A DNA stretch of 64,000 nucleotides, from assembly GCA_964460795.1 (NCBI GenBank), contig CAYWRU010000001.1:19116-83115 (forward strand), written 5' to 3'. Shown here one piece after another: positions 1 through 8,876 of the stretch. Source of the DNA: an uncultured bacterium. Its GTDB lineage: Bacteria; Omnitrophota; Omnitrophia; Omnitrophales; Aquincolibacteriaceae. The translations under genes were made by a program, and so were the position numbers. The notes below the pieces were generated by a model. The model saw nothing but the letters and a program-made list of their open reading frames with translations, did not search any database and was not told the origin of the DNA. Each line of letters opens with the position of its first letter. The first letter of the stretch is position 1.

Positions 1-19
1 GTTTTGGCATCTTGCCACC

Positions 20-352
20 TTAGAGTGCTTGTTTAGTTTGCTTCGGCATAGGCGGACCGTCGAATCGGAAATCAACAAGCGCGGCCTTGCTGCCCAGCAT
101 TGCCTTGACCTGATCGATCACTTGCTGATCGTGCTCGTAGCAATGCACTTGTACGGCGCCGCTTTCGAGGCTGGTTCGAATGGAATCAAACACCAACTGC
201 GCGGCATAGTTCGTAGTTTGCTCCGGCGTACGTTGAATGCGTGATTCATTGCACTTGGCGCCAAGCCAGGCCTCAGTGGCGGCAACGCGTTCACCACGGC
301 CGTGTACCGCGTCCATGTCGATAATGTTTACCTTACCGTCCAGACTTTCCAT
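20..352 (-). CDS. hypothetical protein (110 aa)
   Basis: Track ORF. Co-directional with neighbours, 4-nt gap to the upstream gene. No motif recognised. Confidence 0.5.
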   Translation of the reverse strand: MESLDGKVNIIDMDAVHGRGERVAATEAWLGAKCNESRIQRTPEQTTNYAAQLVFDSIRTSLESGAVQVHCYEHDQQVIDQVKAMLGSKAALVDFRFDGPPMPKQTKQAL

Positions 353-356
353 CGTT

Positions 357-608
357 TCACCTAATTAGTGCAGAGCCGGCCGGAGGGGCAGGCAGTTTAA
401 GTAGCTTGACCTTCGGCGGTGTAATGCCGAAGGTCCAGCAGACGCGGTCGAAGTTAGAGTCAGTGACGCGTGAGACTGTTAATCCCCCGCCTTCGTGTTC
501 ACTGGCTATCATCACGACTTCGCCGGCATCGTTCCGAATCACCACAACGCTTGGGTTGTTGATGACTACGGCGTCCATGCCGAGTCCTTGATGGCACTCT
601 ACCCGCAT
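357..608 (-). CDS. hypothetical protein (83 aa)
   Basis: Track ORF, 1-nt gap to the upstream gene. No motif recognised. Confidence 0.5.
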   Translation of the reverse strand: MRVECHQGLGMDAVVINNPSVVVIRNDAGEVVMIASEHEGGGLTVSRVTDSNFDRVCWTFGITPPKVKLLKLPAPPAGSALIR

Positions 609-609
609 A

Positions 610-1251
610 CTACGCTACTTTCCGAGTCTTCGACAGGATGAGACGCATGGCGTCGGCCTTGTCCACGTTCGCTTCAAGCGCATGCAGCGACGGGTCAAAA
701 GCGTAGCTGCTAGTCTTTTCGCCGCCACCGCCACCGCCGGCCGCTAGAGCCGGAGACGCGCCTTGAATCGGCGAGATGCCGCTGATGGCGCTGCCTGGGC
801 CGGCTTGTTGCGTCTGCGTTTGCTGTTGTGCGAACTGCGTTACGTCGTTGGACGTAGCCACCATTTCGCTAGCAGGGATTTGAATACCGAGCGAGTCAGC
901 AATGCGCGCAAGAATCTTGAGGATCTGCAGCAACGTGACGTTAACGTCGATCTTCGGCTTGATGGGCTCTACGCCGCCGGCTCCACCGCCCGCAGCTGCA
1001 CCGCCGCCTTGGCTAAGGCCTTGAATTTGCTGCTGCATGGATTGGATCATTCCCATAAGGGCGTCCCCACCGCCTCCCCCTGCGGGGGCGCCGCCGGCCG
1101 CAGCTGGGTCAGCAGGAGGTGCACCGGCACCGCCAACAGACGGGTCGGTGGGAGGCGCACCGCCGCCACCGCCGCCAGTCATAGCCGCTTGATCAATGAA
1201 AGCTTCTTTTTGTAGCTGCGAAGCCATTTGCAGCAGTTGCGAATTGAGCAT
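610..1251 (-). CDS. Gly/Ala/Pro/Gln-rich low-complexity protein (213 aa)
   Basis: Contains runs such as GGGGGGAPPTDPSVGGAGAPPADPAAAGGAPAGGGGG and QQQTQTQQ, with a more ordinary segment (DVNVTLLQILKILARIADSLGIQIP). Called on composition only. Confidence 0.55.
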   Translation of the reverse strand: MLNSQLLQMASQLQKEAFIDQAAMTGGGGGGAPPTDPSVGGAGAPPADPAAAGGAPAGGGGGDALMGMIQSMQQQIQGLSQGGGAAAGGGAGGVEPIKPKIDVNVTLLQILKILARIADSLGIQIPASEMVATSNDVTQFAQQQTQTQQAGPGSAISGISPIQGASPALAAGGGGGGEKTSSYAFDPSLHALEANVDKADAMRLILSKTRKVA

Positions 1252-1292
1252 GTAAGAGATCTCCCTATTTCAAGCCAGTATATGGCAGCGCC

Positions 1293-1745
1293 TTACGGCG
1301 CGTAATAGATGTCGCGGACGTTGTCATTCTCGTCCAAATAGATGGTAACGTGGTTGGACACTCCTAGGCACCATTCGGCCTCGTTGTTACGGATAATCCA
1401 CATCGAGTGTGGCTGTAGCCGGAAAACAATATCCTCCCACAATCGGTCGCTGAGCGGCTTCCCAAAATGCCGGCCAAACTGGATACCGCCGCCTTTTTTC
1501 ATTGGGCAGCGTTCGAATCGCTCGTGCTGGCATCCAAGGAATCGGCCCCAGTCGGGCTTACCGTACTTCTTTTCGTCTGCCTCCATCTTAGCCAGGATCT
1601 TGTCCGCCTCTTCCTGGCTAAGCGGTTCGGGGCCGAAATGCACAAGCTGCGGTTTGCCTACGATCACGCCGGGGATGGTGCTTAGATCGAATCCTTCCGG
1701 TAACGTGAAACCTACGTAGTCCTTTTCGCTGCCGTCTTTACTCAT
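1293..1745 (-). CDS. hypothetical protein (150 aa)
   Basis: Track ORF is 1293..1757. I chose the ATG at 1745 because it gives an ATGAGTAA overlap with the upstream stop, the same junction seen at 9086. The ATG at 1757 is also possible. Confidence 0.5.
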   Translation of the reverse strand: MSKDGSEKDYVGFTLPEGFDLSTIPGVIVGKPQLVHFGPEPLSQEEADKILAKMEADEKKYGKPDWGRFLGCQHERFERCPMKKGGGIQFGRHFGKPLSDRLWEDIVFRLQPHSMWIIRNNEAEWCLGVSNHVTIYLDENDNVRDIYYAP

Positions 1746-2589
1746 TGTAGTTCCCATAGTGGCTTCGTAACCCGTGTACTATAGCAGGTTGAGCGGCTGC
1801 GAGCATGTAGGTGGGTAGTCCGACAAACGGAGAAAGACGCTTTGCCAGCGGTAGTTTCTTGCCCGCCGCAGCGGCCGCACTGGCCAAAAGGTTAGAGCCG
1901 CGCCGGGAAGCGTCAAATTCCGTATACAGCATAGGCAGAGCGGCGACGCCGCCGGCGATAGCGTTATCGCGTCCGGTCTCGCTGTCGTTTACCAGATACG
2001 AACCAAGCGACGAAGCGCCAAGAAGACCGCGGCTAAGCGCATGCCCTGTCAGCAATCCTTTGCTTTGCATCGAGTGCCCAAGCTCATGCGCCAGTACGCC
2101 GTTGGTGGGCAGCACGCGTTTACCATTATGCGAGTCCAGGCCGACGGTATTGGTGATAGGGTTGAAGTGTGGACCGGCTTTACTGCGCTCGGCCATCCAT
2201 CGCTGAAAGCGCTGCCAAGCATTACCGCCCTCGGGCATGTTCGCCATTTCGGCGACATTTTCATACGAACGCAGCGTAGGTCCGGCGTCCATGTTATGTA
2301 GCCGCGTGAATTGCATCCACGTGTCTTTCCGGCCTAGCCGATTCCTTGTCGAATCAAAGCGTTGCGGCGTGTGCAGTTTGGTCTGCTTGAGCAGCTGCTT
2401 CAAGATAGCGCGATCATCGCCGGCGCTTGGGTCATAGGCCCCGCCGTTCATGCGCCCAAAGCGCCTAACGATGTTCATAAGACCGCCGGCACCGAGGTCC
2501 ATGGCGACCAACCCGCGCAGATAGCCCAGCGGATCTTTACCTTCTTCCGGCGGCTTAGTAAAGCTATCGACAATGTCTTGAAGCGGCAT
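1738..2589 (-). CDS. putative zinc metallopeptidase (HExxH)
   Basis: 283 aa with a zincin motif, VLAHELGHSMQ. No other family signature recognised. Confidence 0.5.
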   Translation of the reverse strand: MPLQDIVDSFTKPPEEGKDPLGYLRGLVAMDLGAGGLMNIVRRFGRMNGGAYDPSAGDDRAILKQLLKQTKLHTPQRFDSTRNRLGRKDTWMQFTRLHNMDAGPTLRSYENVAEMANMPEGGNAWQRFQRWMAERSKAGPHFNPITNTVGLDSHNGKRVLPTNGVLAHELGHSMQSKGLLTGHALSRGLLGASSLGSYLVNDSETGRDNAIAGGVAALPMLYTEFDASRRGSNLLASAAAAAGKKLPLAKRLSPFVGLPTYMLAAAQPAIVHGLRSHYGNYNE

Positions 2590-2590
2590 C

Positions 2591-2869
2591 CTAACCTCTG
2601 CTTCCTTCGCAACACGATTCGTTAATTCGTCCGCAATCCTTGCATTGCAGTTTGGCTCGAATATCTACCAGTTCGCCGCCGCATGCAAGGCACTTAGTGA
2701 CCGCGCGTTCACAAAGTTGTTCAACCAAGTAGCCGTCATGGCGGCGCTGTTCTTCAACCGGATACGGCAATAAGCAGCCGACAGTCTGATAGGCGAAGAA
2801 TTCAAGCATTACCTCCGGTGTCGGTACGTACTTAATTGGCTCACCAAACTCGTCAAGAATATCAGCCAT
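2591..2869 (-). CDS. small zinc-ribbon protein (92 aa)
   Basis: Start moved to the ATG at 2869, giving a TAATG overlap with the RNAP stop. Cysteine pairs CLACGG...CKDCG. The track's longer N-terminus runs into the RNAP gene. Confidence 0.55.
   Translation of the reverse strand: MADILDEFGEPIKYVPTPEVMLEFFAYQTVGCLLPYPVEEQRRHDGYLVEQLCERAVTKCLACGGELVDIRAKLQCKDCGRINESCCEGSRG
2697..2712 (-). repeat. palindromic element copy (intragenic, 1 mismatch)
   Basis: The plus strand reads gtgaccgcgcgttcac. Lies inside the zinc-ribbon gene and encodes CERAVT. Confidence 0.55.
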
Positions 2870-5800
2870 TACTTCTCCATAATCACAACTTTGTCGCGCA
2901 CGTCGATGTCGCCTCGCTGCCATGCATTCCACACGTCTTGCGGATTGCGGAACACACGCGGGCGACGCTCGCTCTTGCCGGCAGTGGCTGCGTAAAGTCC
3001 GCCCACGTATTCCTGGGTAGGAGCGTGAACGGGAGACTTCATGTCCGACGGGCTCAACAGGTTTCGACTAGGCAGCATTCGATCAATCGCCTCTTTACGC
3101 GCTCGATCATCCACAGGAACGTGGAACTGCATAGCGTCGCCGTCGAAGTCGGCACCAAAGCCTTTCGTCACCAACGGGCTAACGCGCAGCGTTGCGCCCT
3201 TAGTTAGTTTAGGGAAGAAGGCCATGATACCGAAACGGTGAAGTACGGGCGCCCGGTTAAGCAGCACAGGCCGTTCCAGCATTTCAGCTTGCATGGCTTC
3301 CCGCGCTAGTTCCGTCTGGTCTTTTACGTGCCGGGCCGCTTCAACCAGCGGCATTCCGCGGCGAGCTAAGTGCCGGATGATAAAGTGCTTGTAGAGATCC
3401 CAGGCTTTTTCCTCAGGAAGTCCCACTTCATCCATGTCTAGGTTCGGGTCGGGCGTAATGGTTGCTCGTCCAACCAAGTCCACCGTCGAACTAATGAGTC
3501 GGCGCTGGACCGTACCAAGCTTTGGAGACGATCCGAAGATATGTCGCAGCAGGCCGCGGACGTTCTTTTCAACAAGCTTAGGATGCGTCGGATCACCGAG
3601 GCCCGTAACCGCTTTGAACGTGTCGTATACGGCCAAGCGCTCATCACCGACATCATCAATCTGCGTCGACAGTTCCCGCAGATTCTTGTTTGCATCGATC
3701 AGTTCCTTGTATAGGTAGTTTGGATCACTTACCAGCGGCAAGCCGGTATCGGACATGGCGCTGATGGGCCGGAAGCGAGGCGGCAGAACAGGCACGCGAT
3801 TAACGAACCAATCCTTCGGGTGAATGCCGAGAGCTTGCGCGGACTTGAGATAACCGAGTTTGCGGATGGCGTGGTCACGTGCCGTCTTGCGCCCGCCGTG
3901 AATCTCGGCTCTGGCTGTAGCAATCTCTTTGGTGATGTTCATCTTGGACAAAGCCTGGCGAATGCCGCTCGGCCCGCTAGAGCCGTCAGGCAGCTTCTCG
4001 CGGCCGGCCAGGATATCCAGGAACTTCTTTTCGGTAAGGTTGAGCATACGGCGAATAGGCTCTTCCATTACCGGGTTCGGCATAGGCTCGTGCAGCTTTA
4101 CAGCGGCCCAGCGATTGCCGTCGTGCCCGCCTGTTAGCGATGGGTCGAACAAGCCGCCCTTTACCGGCTCCATGCCTTTCTCAAGGCGGACGGTATCGCC
4201 GCTGTTGATATTACGGTCGCCGGCAAGCTCATCGATGTCGCTGTCCGTCATAGCCATAACGTGCAGCTTATTGCCTTCCGGTACTACGTTAATGCCGGCT
4301 GCTTTAAGCTCGTTCACGAACTTGTTGTAGATGAGCGGAATCTGCGGCTTCGGCGGCGTTACGCCCTTCATGAACGCAAGCCAGTAGTCCTCGTTACGCT
4401 GGCCGCGAATAGCGCCGGCATCACGCATGACTTCCAAGGCGCCGTGCGACAGCAGGGCGTTCTGGTCCATTAGCGACATACGCTTGGAACCGGTCTCGCC
4501 GCCCTTGGCCGGTTCGCCGGCCATTGTGTAGCCGCCGGTACCGCGACCCTGAGCTTTGGACTCAGATGTGTGGTGCAGCTTCATGAAGAAGCGGTGACCG
4601 GTAAGTACGGCAGGAATAGCGCGGCCAGTCTCCGGATCGGTAACCGTATCCGTGTCGCTAAGGCCGTGCATCTTCAGCTGATCTTGGACGTGAGCCATCA
4701 CGTCGCTGATCTTGTCGAAGTCCAGGATCTTTTGCGGCTGACCGGTTTGCTTGGCGATCTTGCCCAACGCGGCCTCGGCTACCTGCCCCACGTTAACGCG
4801 GGAGATAAGACCGAGCGGGTTGAGCAGAATATCGAACGCATTGCCCTGGCTGTCCTTCGGCATCTGATCATCCGGAACGATATCGGCAATAACGCCCTTA
4901 TCGCCGTAGCGGCCGGAAAGCTTATCGCCCACCTGCATCTGCGCAATGGACTTAACGAGAACGGTGTGGCCGTTCTTTGTCTTCACTACGTCGGTTACTA
5001 GACCGGGAGCATGATGCTTCCATAGTTCGGTGGCGTCCTCGAATCCGGCTTGGCCTTTGCGGTGGACTTTGTTCTGAGCCGACTCGCGCTCCTTGGCCGA
5101 AAGAATGAGCGGATCGCCGAAGTTAACGACCGTGCCAGGTTTAATAACGCCGTCATCGTCAAGATTCGCAATTGTGTTACGGTCGAACTTAGATGGGAAC
5201 AAGCCTAGATACGTGCGCTTGCCGGTCTTATGCTTGTCCGTCAGTTCGATTCCGTGTTGATACATGTGCTCGCTGGACAGCTTCTTGGCCGCAGCTTCGC
5301 TGATAACGAACGCGTCTTCGTAGTTCGCACCGCGGAAAGGCAGATAGCCGGCGTACAGGTTCTTGCCCAGTGCCGCCGTACCGGTCTTGTCCGTGTAGTT
5401 GCTGTACGCCAACAGCTGGCCTGGTTGAACCTGGTCGCCGATGTTTACGGCAGCGGTATTGTGCACGTACGTTTTACGGTTGTACGGGAAATGGTTGTAC
5501 AGCTGCTTGGTGGACGTAGTGCCGTCTGGATGACTGATCGTCATCGAGTCGTTGTCCATAGCCGTCACCCAGCCCGGCTTATCGGCGCGAATAGCGCCCA
5601 TCTGCCGGCCGTGTAGCTCTTCGAACGATTCGTTCTTACCGGGAGCCAATCCCTGCACTAGCGGAGCTTCTGCATCCACAAGCGGCAAAGCCTGTGTGAG
5701 CATGCGGCTACCCATCGCTACGCGCTGACCTTTAACCGCGCTCTTAAGCGGGATGAGGTTTGCGAGCGGACTGAAGGCATTCTCAAAGTGGGGCAGCGTG

Positions 5801-7332
5801 AGTTCGACCTGGTCCCGCGGCATATATTTGATCTTGCCGCCATGCATCGCAACAACACGTTTACCAGGACGGTCAAGTTCCCCTGGAAACGCGACAGCCA
5901 TGTCGGTAACGTCCTGCGGCGACTTCCATTCGGTGGCTCCGGTTTTGACATTAACGAATGGCGAGTAAATGCGACCGTCGCGACCTTTACGCGTTTGGTT
6001 AGCCAGAAAGATATCAACGCCCGCGCGAAGAGATTCCGGCGTGCGAATGGGGTCCATGAACCCGAGGTGCGATGGCTGGACGGATCGAGCTTCATCAGGC
6101 ACGGCTTCAAGCGATGGAATGCCGCCTTCGCCAAGCCGCGTGATACGGGTGAGCTTGTCAAAAATGTCAGCCGGGTTAATTTCTTCGAGACTCTGTCCCA
6201 GCCCCGAACCCAGCAAGGCTGCTTCCAATTGCGACGTAAGGGCTCCAGGTTGTACGTGCTTAAGGGTCCGCGAGAGGCCGGACTTCCATAGCAGGTTGTG
6301 TCGGATACGGCCCGAATCTTTGGTAAACCGCTCACTAAATAGATCCTCTGGTCCCATGACTACTTGGTTAGCGAGGTGATCGCGGTCGTCCGCTTCTTCC
6401 TCGCCGCGAGATACTTTAAGCAGCTTCTGTGTCAGTCGAAGAAGTGCGGCTTTATCGAGTTTGGCGAACGGCTGCCCCAGTGTTCGTTGTGTGATCTCTG
6501 GATCAAGTTCCATTTCATCCATAGCTGCAAGGAGCTTGGTCCGCTGTGTAGGCTCGTCGTCGGTGTCGGCTCGGCCTTTGGCGAGCTTGTCGTAGAGCTT
6601 ACGCAGTACGATGGGATCATCTTTAAGCATGTTGGAGGCAACAAGCTCAGGACCCCACGCTTCACGTAGTTCTTCGTCCTTTGCGCCCATGATGCGCAGC
6701 AGCGGCATGAGCGGAAGTTTCGCTTGGCCCAGGCGCATGTAGAACTGGCCTTTCGCAGGGTCCAAGAAATAGCGATGGCTAGGTCCCTTACCAGGCATAA
6801 TGTTCGCATGTGCTTCGATCTCTCCGTTGTCTTTGATACGGGTAAATACGCCGGGACGCAGACGCATCTGGTTGCCGAGCGTATATTCGTTACCGTTGTG
6901 GATGAATGTACCGCGGTCTGTAAGATACGGCACTCGGGCCACTGTGGACTTGATCTCGTCCAGTACGTTGCCGGTGGCGTTGTCCTTCAGTCGCCATGTG
7001 CCGCGCAAGCGCCGCCCAAGCGTCTTGCCTTCGAGAATGGCGCGCTTCTGGTCGGCAATGCTGTAATCGTCGGGATCGGCATAGTCCACGTCTGCAAGCT
7101 CCAACGTATGGAGCTTGTTCGTGGCCGGCTTCATAGTGCGAGCGGCTTCCAGGACGTTATCGAAGATAAGCTGCCGGCTTTTGGCCGCATCGCCGAATTC
7201 GCGATAGTCCGAACCGTCCGAAGCCGGCATGGGCTTCATAGGCGGCGCAGCCGGTTGCTGCGGCTTTACGACGGAAGCGGGCGTGGAAGCCATCGGGCGG
7301 GACAGCACAGAGAAGGGTTTATCTGCTGGCAC
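2869..7332 (-). CDS. multisubunit-type RNA polymerase, fused beta-like plus beta' N-terminal-half polypeptide (1487 aa)
   Basis: GTG start. Beta motifs appear in order: LTDRGTFIHNGNEYTL..RLRPGVF, TRLGEGGIP..VQPSHLGFMDPIRTPES, GQRVAMGSRMLTQALPL, GANYEDAFVIS, GDKLSGRYGDKGVI..LLNPLGLISRVNVGQV, FMKLHHTSESKAQGRGTGGY..GEPAKGG. Beta' motifs follow: GGLFDP, VLPPRFRP, NRAPVLHRFGIMAFFP, and GADFDGDAMQFHVP at about 3130-3160. Confidence 0.9.
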   Translation of the reverse strand: MPADKPFSVLSRPMASTPASVVKPQQPAAPPMKPMPASDGSDYREFGDAAKSRQLIFDNVLEAARTMKPATNKLHTLELADVDYADPDDYSIADQKRAILEGKTLGRRLRGTWRLKDNATGNVLDEIKSTVARVPYLTDRGTFIHNGNEYTLGNQMRLRPGVFTRIKDNGEIEAHANIMPGKGPSHRYFLDPAKGQFYMRLGQAKLPLMPLLRIMGAKDEELREAWGPELVASNMLKDDPIVLRKLYDKLAKGRADTDDEPTQRTKLLAAMDEMELDPEITQRTLGQPFAKLDKAALLRLTQKLLKVSRGEEEADDRDHLANQVVMGPEDLFSERFTKDSGRIRHNLLWKSGLSRTLKHVQPGALTSQLEAALLGSGLGQSLEEINPADIFDKLTRITRLGEGGIPSLEAVPDEARSVQPSHLGFMDPIRTPESLRAGVDIFLANQTRKGRDGRIYSPFVNVKTGATEWKSPQDVTDMAVAFPGELDRPGKRVVAMHGGKIKYMPRDQVELTLPHFENAFSPLANLIPLKSAVKGQRVAMGSRMLTQALPLVDAEAPLVQGLAPGKNESFEELHGRQMGAIRADKPGWVTAMDNDSMTISHPDGTTSTKQLYNHFPYNRKTYVHNTAAVNIGDQVQPGQLLAYSNYTDKTGTAALGKNLYAGYLPFRGANYEDAFVISEAAAKKLSSEHMYQHGIELTDKHKTGKRTYLGLFPSKFDRNTIANLDDDGVIKPGTVVNFGDPLILSAKERESAQNKVHRKGQAGFEDATELWKHHAPGLVTDVVKTKNGHTVLVKSIAQMQVGDKLSGRYGDKGVIADIVPDDQMPKDSQGNAFDILLNPLGLISRVNVGQVAEAALGKIAKQTGQPQKILDFDKISDVMAHVQDQLKMHGLSDTDTVTDPETGRAIPAVLTGHRFFMKLHHTSESKAQGRGTGGYTMAGEPAKGGETGSKRMSLMDQNALLSHGALEVMRDAGAIRGQRNEDYWLAFMKGVTPPKPQIPLIYNKFVNELKAAGINVVPEGNKLHVMAMTDSDIDELAGDRNINSGDTVRLEKGMEPVKGGLFDPSLTGGHDGNRWAAVKLHEPMPNPVMEEPIRRMLNLTEKKFLDILAGREKLPDGSSGPSGIRQALSKMNITKEIATARAEIHGGRKTARDHAIRKLGYLKSAQALGIHPKDWFVNRVPVLPPRFRPISAMSDTGLPLVSDPNYLYKELIDANKNLRELSTQIDDVGDERLAVYDTFKAVTGLGDPTHPKLVEKNVRGLLRHIFGSSPKLGTVQRRLISSTVDLVGRATITPDPNLDMDEVGLPEEKAWDLYKHFIIRHLARRGMPLVEAARHVKDQTELAREAMQAEMLERPVLLNRAPVLHRFGIMAFFPKLTKGATLRVSPLVTKGFGADFDGDAMQFHVPVDDRARKEAIDRMLPSRNLLSPSDMKSPVHAPTQEYVGGLYAATAGKSERRPRVFRNPQDVWNAWQRGDIDVRDKVVIMEK

Positions 7333-7340
7333 GTTAGTCT

Positions 7341-7386
7341 CTGATAGCTAAAGAAAAGAAGCGTAGGCGGGTTTCCCCGCCTACGC
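7341..7386 (-). terminator. rho-independent terminator followed by conserved TAGCTATCAG box
   Basis: Minus strand reads GCGTAGGCGGGgaaaCCCGCCTACGC then TTCTTTTCTTTAGCTATCAG. It lies between paralog A and the RNAP gene. Confidence 0.75.
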
Positions 7387-7425
7387 ATTCTAGTGCGAAC
7401 ACGGTATTTGAGCCTAGTCTTTCGA

Positions 7426-8031
7426 CTAGAACCCGACGTTGACCGGGTCCGCGGCCTTTTCCTTGGCTTTCCGATCGTTCTCTTCGAGAAGAGCAATGAC
7501 GCGGTCACATTCGGCATTCACTTCTTCGGGCGTAGCCGGACGCCACGTGGTGCCGTGAGCTTTCGCCTTTTCGGTGTTCGGCGCATAGCAGGGCGCGTTA
7601 TTGCCGCGCCGAAGTATGAAGCCTTTGTCGTCGAACTGGCGGCTGGCGCCGCTGGTGGTGCTGCCTTCGAAGAACGCGACTCGGTTCAAGGCGTAGTCGT
7701 GCTGCGACGAATTTCCGGTCATAACGATCGGAAAGCCCTTCGGAAGGTTGTAGGAACCGCCCGACGTAGCAATTCCGGCCGCTGCCGCCAACTTCTCGGG
7801 ATCAAGATCGAACAGAGCGGCTACGACCTGCACCACTCCCGGTGCGTTGGTCAAGAAGTGGGCCTTGGCGAGCCGGGCGGCTTTGATGGCGCGAGCTTCT
7901 TCAGCCGGCAACAAGGCCTCGGCCACGTCTTCGGCCACGGGCGGTTTGTATTCGGCCAACCGCTGGAGCGCCGTAGCGCGCAGATTGTTGACCTGAATGA
8001 CGGTAAGGGTTACGGGATACTCACTAGCCAT
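7426..8031 (-). CDS. hypothetical protein, tandem paralog A (201 aa)
   Basis: ATG at 8031 with AAAGGA upstream; the track ORF starts at a TTG at 8064. Homologous to the 8117..8752 product: NLRA(T/S)AL, HDY(A/G)LNRVAF, WRPAT.EE(V/I)NAECDR, and a C-terminal GF. Confidence 0.65.
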   Translation of the reverse strand: MASEYPVTLTVIQVNNLRATALQRLAEYKPPVAEDVAEALLPAEEARAIKAARLAKAHFLTNAPGVVQVVAALFDLDPEKLAAAAGIATSGGSYNLPKGFPIVMTGNSSQHDYALNRVAFFEGSTTSGASRQFDDKGFILRRGNNAPCYAPNTEKAKAHGTTWRPATPEEVNAECDRVIALLEENDRKAKEKAADPVNVGF

Positions 8032-8116
8032 GTTCTGCAATCCTTTCAAATAACTGAAATTCAAAACAAACTAACGCATACGTAAATCGAACTCGAACTT
8101 GGACGAACTGAACGAC

Positions 8117-8752
8117 TTAGAAGCCGATACCGGCCGTCTCCGGTTTTACAGTTGCGGCGCGCGCCAACGCCATCGCGCGATCACATTCGGCATTGATCTC
8201 TTCGGCAGTGGCCGGGCGCCACGTGTCTTGATACACGCGGCCGCGCTCGAAGAGCGGAGCATGATTGCCTTTGCCAAAAACGCCCTCATCAGAAAACTGC
8301 CAGCAGTGTCCCTGGCGGGTACCGTCCAAGAAGGCGACTCGGTTCAAGCCGTAGTCGTGACCGTTGACATTGGCGATCATAACGATCGCCATGCACTTGT
8401 CCGCGGGTTCGTCGACGAATCGCGGATACGTGCCGGTATCCGTTTCGGGACCCGTATAAATATCCGCGACTTCTACGCCGGCGATTGCGGCGATGAGATG
8501 GGCCAGACCTTTTTGGTGGCCCGAGCCGAAATGCACAGCGGCTTTTGCCATAGCTGCCGACGCGCGCTTGAACGGCAAGCCTTCTTTGTCAGTGCCCGTG
8601 GGCTTGACTTCAGCCGGCTTGTACGAGCGTTCGGCTTTGACGGTGTTGCACTTATCGACACGCGCAAGTGCCGACGCACGCAGATTCTGAATCTGCGTCA
8701 TGACCAGAGTTCGCGAATACCCGCTAGGCGTCCACATAGGTACAGTCTCCAT
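8117..8752 (-). CDS. hypothetical protein, tandem paralog B (211 aa)
   Basis: Shares blocks with 7426..8031 along its whole length. Its upstream intergenic region carries a terminator plus box. Confidence 0.65.
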   Translation of the reverse strand: METVPMWTPSGYSRTLVMTQIQNLRASALARVDKCNTVKAERSYKPAEVKPTGTDKEGLPFKRASAAMAKAAVHFGSGHQKGLAHLIAAIAGVEVADIYTGPETDTGTYPRFVDEPADKCMAIVMIANVNGHDYGLNRVAFLDGTRQGHCWQFSDEGVFGKGNHAPLFERGRVYQDTWRPATAEEINAECDRAMALARAATVKPETAGIGF

Positions 8753-8818
8753 ACAGTGAAAGTAAGAATAGGTAGCTCTCTACCCATTTACTTTGACACT
8801 GCATGGGGCTGTATTTAG

Positions 8819-8858
8819 CTGATAGCTAAAAGAAAGAGAATCACCGGGCTAAGCCCGG
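8819..8858 (-). terminator. rho-independent terminator followed by conserved TAGCTATCAG box
   Basis: Minus strand: CCGGGC-tta-GCCCGG stem, then TTCTCTTTCTTTTAGCTATCAG. Confidence 0.6.
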
Positions 8859-8876
8859 CAATACTCTAATCTTGTT

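Noticed and set aside
5718-6335. Minus-strand alternative-frame ORFs nested in larger genes: 5718..6335, 6432..6809, 36418..36855, 41635..41940, 42503..42829, 51239..51577 and others.
   Set aside because: The enclosing frames carry the family motifs. The nested frames are compositionally biased (Arg/Ser/Pro).
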